DNA of 64,000 bases, taken from NCBI RefSeq assembly GCF_006345805.1, contig NC_042997.1:107384001-107448000 (forward strand), written 5' to 3'. This document shows, in pieces, positions 59,501-64,000 of the stretch. Positions within the stretch are counted from its first letter, which is position 1, and each line of letters opens with the position of its first letter. Origin of the DNA: Octopus sinensis (Eukaryota). The notes below the pieces were generated by a model. It did not search any database. It had not been told where the DNA came from and worked only from the letters and a program-made list of their open reading frames with translations. A program made the translations under genes and the position numbers.

Positions 59501-62500
59501 GTGCACCCATTCTAACAACCAGGAGACACACCTAAAGCAAATAAGTGAATAAAACAATGAGGGGGGAAAAGGGGAAATGAAGAGGTTTCCCTTGTTATGT
59601 ATTTATCACTGGGACCCCAAGTCTTCCAACGATATTTCAATGTTTTAACACATAAGAAAAAAGCAATTTTAAAAAATAATCTGAAATACTATAGGCATGG
59701 CTGTAGGGTAAGAAGTTTGGTCTCCAATCACAAGGTATCGGGTTCAGTTCCACTGCATGGCACCTTGGTCAAGTGTCTTCATCTATAGCCTTGGGCCAAC
59801 CAAAAGCTTGGGAGTGGATTTGGGAGATGGAAACTAAAAGAAACACATTGTGTGTGTGTATACACCTTTGTTTGTCCTCCAACACCACTGGGCAACTGGC
59901 GTTGGTGTGTTTATGTCCCTGTGACTTAGCAGTTCAGCAAAAGAAACTAATAGAATAAGTACCAAGCTTATATAAATAGGTATTCTTCATATTGATGCTC
60001 CAGCATGGCAGCATTTTCATGACTGAAACAAGTAAAAAATACTTACAGGGATTCAACAGCATTTTCATCAACGGTTTTCTCTTTTTCCATTGTGAGGTAC
60101 TGCAGAGCACTTTCGAAAGTACCACCAGCAGCTGAAATGTGAAATAACAAGAATCAGATCCTGTATTCATTTGTATATAGCATATGTGAATTGTGTAATA
60201 ATCAACATCATTATTTAACATCTGCTTTCCATGCTAGCATGGGTTGGACGATTTTGACTGAGGGGTAGCAAACCAGACGGCCGCACCAGGCTCCAATCTT
60301 GATTTGGCAGAGTTTCTACAGCTGGATGCCCTTCCTAATGTCAACCACTCCAAGAGTATAGTGGGTGCTTTTTACGTGCCACCGGCACAGGGCCAGTCAG
60401 GCTGTATTGGCAATGACCTCGCTCAAATCATTTTACATATGTCACCGGCACAGGTGCCAATAAGGCGACATTGTGTAATATACACTGATTTACTTAGTCA
60501 AATCATGGTGTTTAGTTAGATTTACTGTAGCTGTTTAAAACACGTTGGAAAAGTTTGTTCATCCTCAAAGCAAAAAGTATATTTCGAAACTGACCACAGT
60601 CTTTTTGAAGTAGGCTGTAAAAGCATATCTATTGTAAAGTAAATGAGTACAGACGGTTATAAGAAGACGAAAAGCACTGGTGCCGCAGAAAAAGCACAGA
60701 GTACACACTATAAAGTGGTTGGCATTAGGAAGGGCATCCAGCTGCAGAAACCATGCCAAAACAGACACAGAAATCTGATGTGGGTCCTGGTTATGTCAGC
60801 TCCTGTCAAACCTTGCAACCTATGCCAGCATGGAGAATCGATGTTAAATGATAAACACACAATGTAAATATAACCATTTCATTACTTCCATTTTTCAATA
60901 AAAACATATAGATAGATGGTTCTTTATAAAATTTAGAGTATTTAAGGAACACAAATATTTGTTTTTATGTTCACATTTTGGAAGTATGATGGAAGTGACA
61001 AGCACAAGTATTTGGCCAAAAGTGAGTTATTTGGTGCCACAAAAATGCATTCAGTACACTGTAAACTGATTGGCCATTAGAAAGGCACCCAGCCATAGCA
61101 ACCATGCTATAGGAATCCAACTTAGAAAAAGATATGACGCCAAAGAGTGCTCAATTTTAATGGAGCCAGGGTCTCAGAGGCAATGACAAAGAACTAAGAC
61201 GATTGGTGATCTGCAATGCTGGAGAAGACTCACCTATGCAAACATGACAAATAAGAACTTAAAAACCACCAGTGGTAATGATGGAAGCTAAGAAGCATCT
61301 ACATTTGCTGTCTCTTTGGTACTCTTTTGGCTCTCTCGTCTTCTGTACTTTTCCAGATCTCTTCTATTCCCATTAACCAGTGATGGCACTGGACCTGTCT
61401 GACCTCTCTATCATATCATGCTGCTCATGTAGTGGAGTATGGTAAGGAACCAACACATATTCACTCTTCTCACTTCCCTCTTTATCACTTTGTCATCCAC
61501 CATTAAGCCTCTGCACTGGATCTCTTTAGACCCTTCTTTTACTTAATATGATCATTGTTCAATATTTCTTCTATTGGCTCTACCAGCAGACACTTGCTTC
61601 TGTCGCCCACCTAGCATACTTCTTTTGTCATTGAGTTCTTACTACTTGTCTTCTCAAACTATGTCTTGAGCAAACAAGTACATCATAGTGCAGCAGGTAG
61701 CATGATAAAATGCACCAAGAACCCTCTGTAAAGTGGCTGATGAACAAGCAGAGACAACATAGCATTGAGAGGAACCTTTACTCTTGTCGAGATATTTACC
61801 CAAAGTATTGTGCAGTAAAACTGAACTTAACCATGTGGCTACACACAAAGCAAACCTGTTAACCACAAAGCCATGCCTATATCTGTATACATCTAGAAAT
61901 TATTATTTTACAAACACAAAATAAGCTTACCAATAAAATCTCGCAACTTCATTTTCCGTAATGTCTGAAAAATATACAGAAATAAATTAAGAAAAAGGAT
62001 CAGTTTAAGAACAGTTGAGCCATTTAATGTTATATTTATGTTGAAAATATAGGAATTGTTTTATAAAAGAGACACTCAGAAGCTTGTTTAAAATTGAAAT
62101 TTTTCTTGCTAAATGTCTAGTGTACAGAATTAGTTTATAACCAGACAAGCTAAAATTTCAATGCGGCTCTAACTTTATAGTGGCTTAATGGTGTAACAAC
62201 TGTAAAAAGTTATTCAAATACCAACAGAACCACCCACAGTTCATAGATGAATATAGGCAAGAATAATGTGATGAAAACCTAAAAAATATAAATTAATAAC
62301 AATGGGCAACAACAACCTTGTCCTTAGTGTCTTGAGGGATGTTCTAAGTGTACTTTGTATGTAAATCTAAAAATGAAATTGGATTTTTATTATCAATTGT
62401 AGTTTTCTTATGACATTATGTTCATTTTTCTTCTCATTTAGAAAAAAATTACATAAAAAATATATTAATATAACTCCCAAAACTTAACATTAGGAAAATA

Positions 62501-63913
62501 AATACCCTGAGCTATATTTCAGGTATAAAGTGGGTGATCAGGACAAGACTTAAGCCTCTTGTGTTTTTTGTGTGATGTGAATGTCTATTAAAAGTGACTT
62601 CACAGATCATATCAAATATCATTTGCTATTCCAATGATTTAATGAGAAACCAAAGATCACATAAGGGACTGTTATTTCAGCTTTGTCAGTACAAAAGGAA
62701 TCATTTAAAAGGCAAATGACTTAATTACCCTAACTTAACATCTGCAATGAGACTGTCTCCCCTCAATGCTAAACTTACAGCACCTAATCCTACTTTGGCT
62801 CTACAAGTCATATGCAAAGATGCAGAAAATGAGATTCAATGGCTTCAGTGACGAGTTTAGTGCAAAACTAGGAGTTTATCAAGGCTCAGCTCTCACTCCG
62901 CTCCAATTCATCATAGTCCTGCAGGCCATCACAGAGACATTAACTCTTTAATATTTAAAGCAGCTAAATCTGGCCTCTCACACTTACTTTGTCATTCTAG
63001 GAATGAACAATCACATCAAAATCTCAAAGCTATGAGGATAATGCAAGATTAATTCAAAACAATATGAATGAATGAGCATAACATTCGACAGGGTAAGCTG
63101 GATGCTAAAGGGTTAACATTGGCTATCCAATGGAAACTCTTGTATGCTGATGATCTTCTCATGGCTGAATCTATAAAGGAATTAGAAAGGAAATTCTGAG
63201 AATGAAAGCTAAACCTAGAATCCAAGAGATCTTAAGGTAAACTTAGCAAAGATGAAATTTTTTAATAAGGAGGAAAGATAGGCCTCTGGTACCTTCAAGG
63301 AAATGACCTTGGTGAAATTTCCAAAATGGGGTAGATATAAACTGCATATAAGCTATGGACTAGAGTTGTTGAATTTTAGGCAGCCTCTGTGAGATATGCA
63401 ATAAAAGTGTGCAAGAAAAAAGACTCCACTGGTATAGATGGGTGATGCATATGAATGAGGCCAACTGTATAAAAGGAGTGCTGGTGACTCAATGTGGCTG
63501 GAGCTTGCAAAAGAGGGAGATCTTATTTCCAGACAATAAGACCGTCTCTCTCCTTAATGGCAGGTCAGCCTTGGGGAATTCTTGATACTTAAGATTATCT
63601 CTCCTCCTCAATGGTAATTATGACATATCCTCTAGAGGTGGAGATAATTTTATTAAACCCAGAATTTGTTATTTGGCACTTGATATACCTGTAAATGTTT
63701 ACACACACAAACACATGTCTTACTGACAACTAAACTTTGACTATTAATGTTATTGTTCAAGCAGTAAAATTCTGATTATTTATTAATTACTTCTGAAATT
63801 GATAAAAGAATTTCTCACCATAGGTATTTGCTGGATCCCTATATGGCAGTAAGTGTCGATCTTTTTATATGTCAGACTAATTTTATCATCAAATTCTTGT
63901 CTCTTTTCTTCAA
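37542..63913 (-). CDS. CDCA8: Borealin (CDCA8, chromosomal passenger complex subunit), 5'-incomplete, 12 coding exons in window (737 nt)
   Basis: Joined exons give ...EEKRQEFDDKISLTYKKIDTYCHIGIQQIPMTLRKMKLRDFIAAGG... (N-terminal helix) and ...MTPAITPKFDTRLPITPFDRSPRQGERFMSLAGSPV... (resembles borealin TPRFD...GSPL); all phases consistent. Confidence 0.88.
37731..37845 (-). CDS. CDCA8: Borealin exon (LPITPFDRSPRQGERFMSLAGSPVVVRSQTKIEKIRER)
   Basis: gttctaag acceptor; CGA|gtaagt donor; 115 nt. Confidence 0.9.
37977..38054 (-). CDS. CDCA8: Borealin exon (QQTPLTNWSSSQFLMTPAITPKFDT-R)
   Basis: attctgtag acceptor; AG|gtgagt donor; 78 nt. Confidence 0.9.
39870..43400 (-). mobile_element. Near full-length decayed RTE LINE with a nested RTE 3' fragment (~42045-42270)
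   Basis: Endonuclease N-terminus LRIGTLKGRPGE...RRVDLCCIQE, linker, RT, 3'UTR and tail in order. Confidence 0.88.
44157..44187 (-). CDS. CDCA8: Borealin micro-exon (AIDMSIKRT-L)
   Basis: cattcttcag acceptor; TT|gtaagt donor; 31 nt. Confidence 0.72.
46258..46285 (-). CDS. CDCA8: Borealin micro-exon (PLIENELLT-D)
   Basis: tttatttacag acceptor; AG|gttagt donor; 28 nt. Confidence 0.7.
47752..47806 (-). CDS. CDCA8: Borealin exon (KKTKLKAVPENNLPLFEK)
   Basis: cttattttag acceptor; AAG|gtatgt donor; 55 nt; only one open frame. Confidence 0.75.
48060..48900 (-). mobile_element. CR1-clade LINE RT C-terminal fragment
   Basis: DLGIHMSSDATFNVH...WILRSF...NYWERLQELNLYTLERR...KILEGLVPN. Confidence 0.7.
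49190..50164 (+). CDS. Mariner DD34D transposase ORF (324 aa), 5'-truncated, premature stop 15 codons before the natural end
   Basis: WIPRLLT, ITQDETW, LQDNAPVH, YSPDLAPSD; 34-aa D-D spacing; read-through gives *WEKCITLGGSYVEND. Confidence 0.93.
   Translation: MPIAFFNARTLLSMLLMKVTYDGDAPSYDLVKCWHHEFKHGWNSVETAPRSSCPPSAIDEASVRQVEAAILEDRRITIRQIAHEVKISTGSVETIIHVHLHMQKVSARWIPRLLTPFQKQERVECSRMNLEMCQEDELEFFKRLITQDETWVHHYDPETKAQSMQWKHHDSPPPKKARVQPSTGKVMLTVFWDQDGVVMTDFVAKGTTITGAYYTSLLRKLREAIKIKRRGKISKGILLLQDNAPVHNSRVARSEAQACGYELLPHPPYSPDLAPSDFHLFPAMKLFLKGKRFPDDAALISEVTSWLEDQAGVFYKNGLQSCIK
49235..50287 (+). mobile_element. 5'-truncated mariner element
   Basis: Right TIR-like end ...ttacttattgaacgcccctcg + TA at 50286-50287; no left TIR found. 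Confidence 0.85.
50602..50647 (-). CDS. CDCA8: Borealin micro-exon (TSLQMLDLQEAPST-M)
   Basis: tttatttag acceptor; AT|gtaggt donor; 46 nt. Confidence 0.72.
50789..52730 (-). mobile_element. Internally deleted piggyBac transposon
   Basis: TTAA-CCCTTTAG and CTAAAGGA-TTAA ends; remnants PLDCLFSFL..ETVTEETN, IGIKQPPQLWNWW, LVNSYIDY..HLQFQVDIA, GRKNVCRLC..CSFCQVPC. Confidence 0.78.
52409..52700 (+). mobile_element. RTE 3'UTR fragment nested in the piggyBac end
   Basis: 3'UTR repeat units plus (GAT)n. Confidence 0.85.
53620..54790 (-). mobile_element. RTE LINE RT-3'UTR fragment with a 32-bp tandem duplication at 54660-54718
   Basis: RT motifs RDPLSTMG/KLGIDKWL, YRDA, LYDACVRIAML. Confidence 0.8.
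54886..54913 (-). CDS. CDCA8: Borealin micro-exon (TFQKVAGDC-A)
   Basis: tttttacag acceptor; G|gtaagt donor; 28 nt. Confidence 0.72.
55170..56830 (-). mobile_element. RTE LINE 3' half
   Basis: (CAT)n tail at ~55170-55187; LYADNLALIAE; RRLRWYGHVARMDE. Confidence 0.88.
57912..57966 (-). CDS. CDCA8: Borealin exon (NAIACGKKASKNQLYNDP)
   Basis: ttttctttccag acceptor; CCA|gtaagt donor; 55 nt. Confidence 0.75.
58014..59345 (+). mobile_element. RTE LINE 3' part with inverted 5' segment (58014-58061)
   Basis: Short - strand RT piece joined to a + strand RT-3'UTR-tail. Confidence 0.85.
59694..60040 (+). mobile_element. tRNA-type SINE (family A) abutting a borealin 5' splice site
   Basis: A/B boxes; tail gactgaaacaagtaaaaaat directly before acttac (60041-60046). 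Confidence 0.82.
60047..60131 (-). CDS. CDCA8: Borealin exon (AGGTFESALQYLTMEKEKTVDENAVES-L)
   Basis: catttcag acceptor; CT|gtaagt donor; 85 nt. Confidence 0.85.
61931..61964 (-). CDS. CDCA8: Borealin exon (TLRKMKLRDFI-A)
   Basis: ttttcag acceptor; G|gtaagc donor; 34 nt; resembles ALREMNWLDYF. Confidence 0.85.
62940..63116 (-). mobile_element. piggyBac-family MITE (177 bp incl. TTAA) inserted in an RTE RT fragment (~62770-63520)
   Basis: TTAA at both ends; ttaactctttaata...gatgctaaagggttaa. Confidence 0.82.
63819..63913 (-). CDS. CDCA8: Borealin exon (EEKRQEFDDKISLTYKKIDTYCHIGIQQIPM)
   Basis: tttcag acceptor; ATG|gtgaga donor; 95 nt. Confidence 0.85.
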
Positions 63914-64000
63914 CTGAAATTCATTTATGCAAAGTTAATCAAATTCTATATTAATGAATATAAATGAATTGAAAGAAAAATATTAAACAAGTGTTGTTAT

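Overview
AT-rich, microsatellite- and transposon-dense animal genomic DNA. The repeat families (RTE LINE with (GAT)n tails, two tRNA-type SINEs, TTAA-flanked MITE) suggest an octopus/coleoid cephalopod; this is inference. Two multi-exon genes reconstructed by hand face each other tail-to-tail. SHQ1 (H/ACA RNP assembly factor, + strand) has 14 coding exons at 2560-37404 and encodes 481 aa. Borealin/CDCA8 (- strand) has 12 coding exons at 63913-37542, with its first exon(s) beyond the window; seven of those exons are <=55 nt. The two stop codons are 137 nt apart and the poly(A) signals predict overlapping 3' ends. SHQ1 coding intron 8 looks like a U12-type (minor spliceosome) intron. Introns hold RTE, R4/Dong, CR1 and Penelope-like retroelements, maT, mariner and piggyBac DNA transposons, and a probable solo LTR. 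There are several perfect inverted repeats next to (TA)n tracts and at least two hammerhead-ribozyme-like folds in Penelope-type repeats. Exon coordinates were counted by hand; repeat boundaries are approximate.
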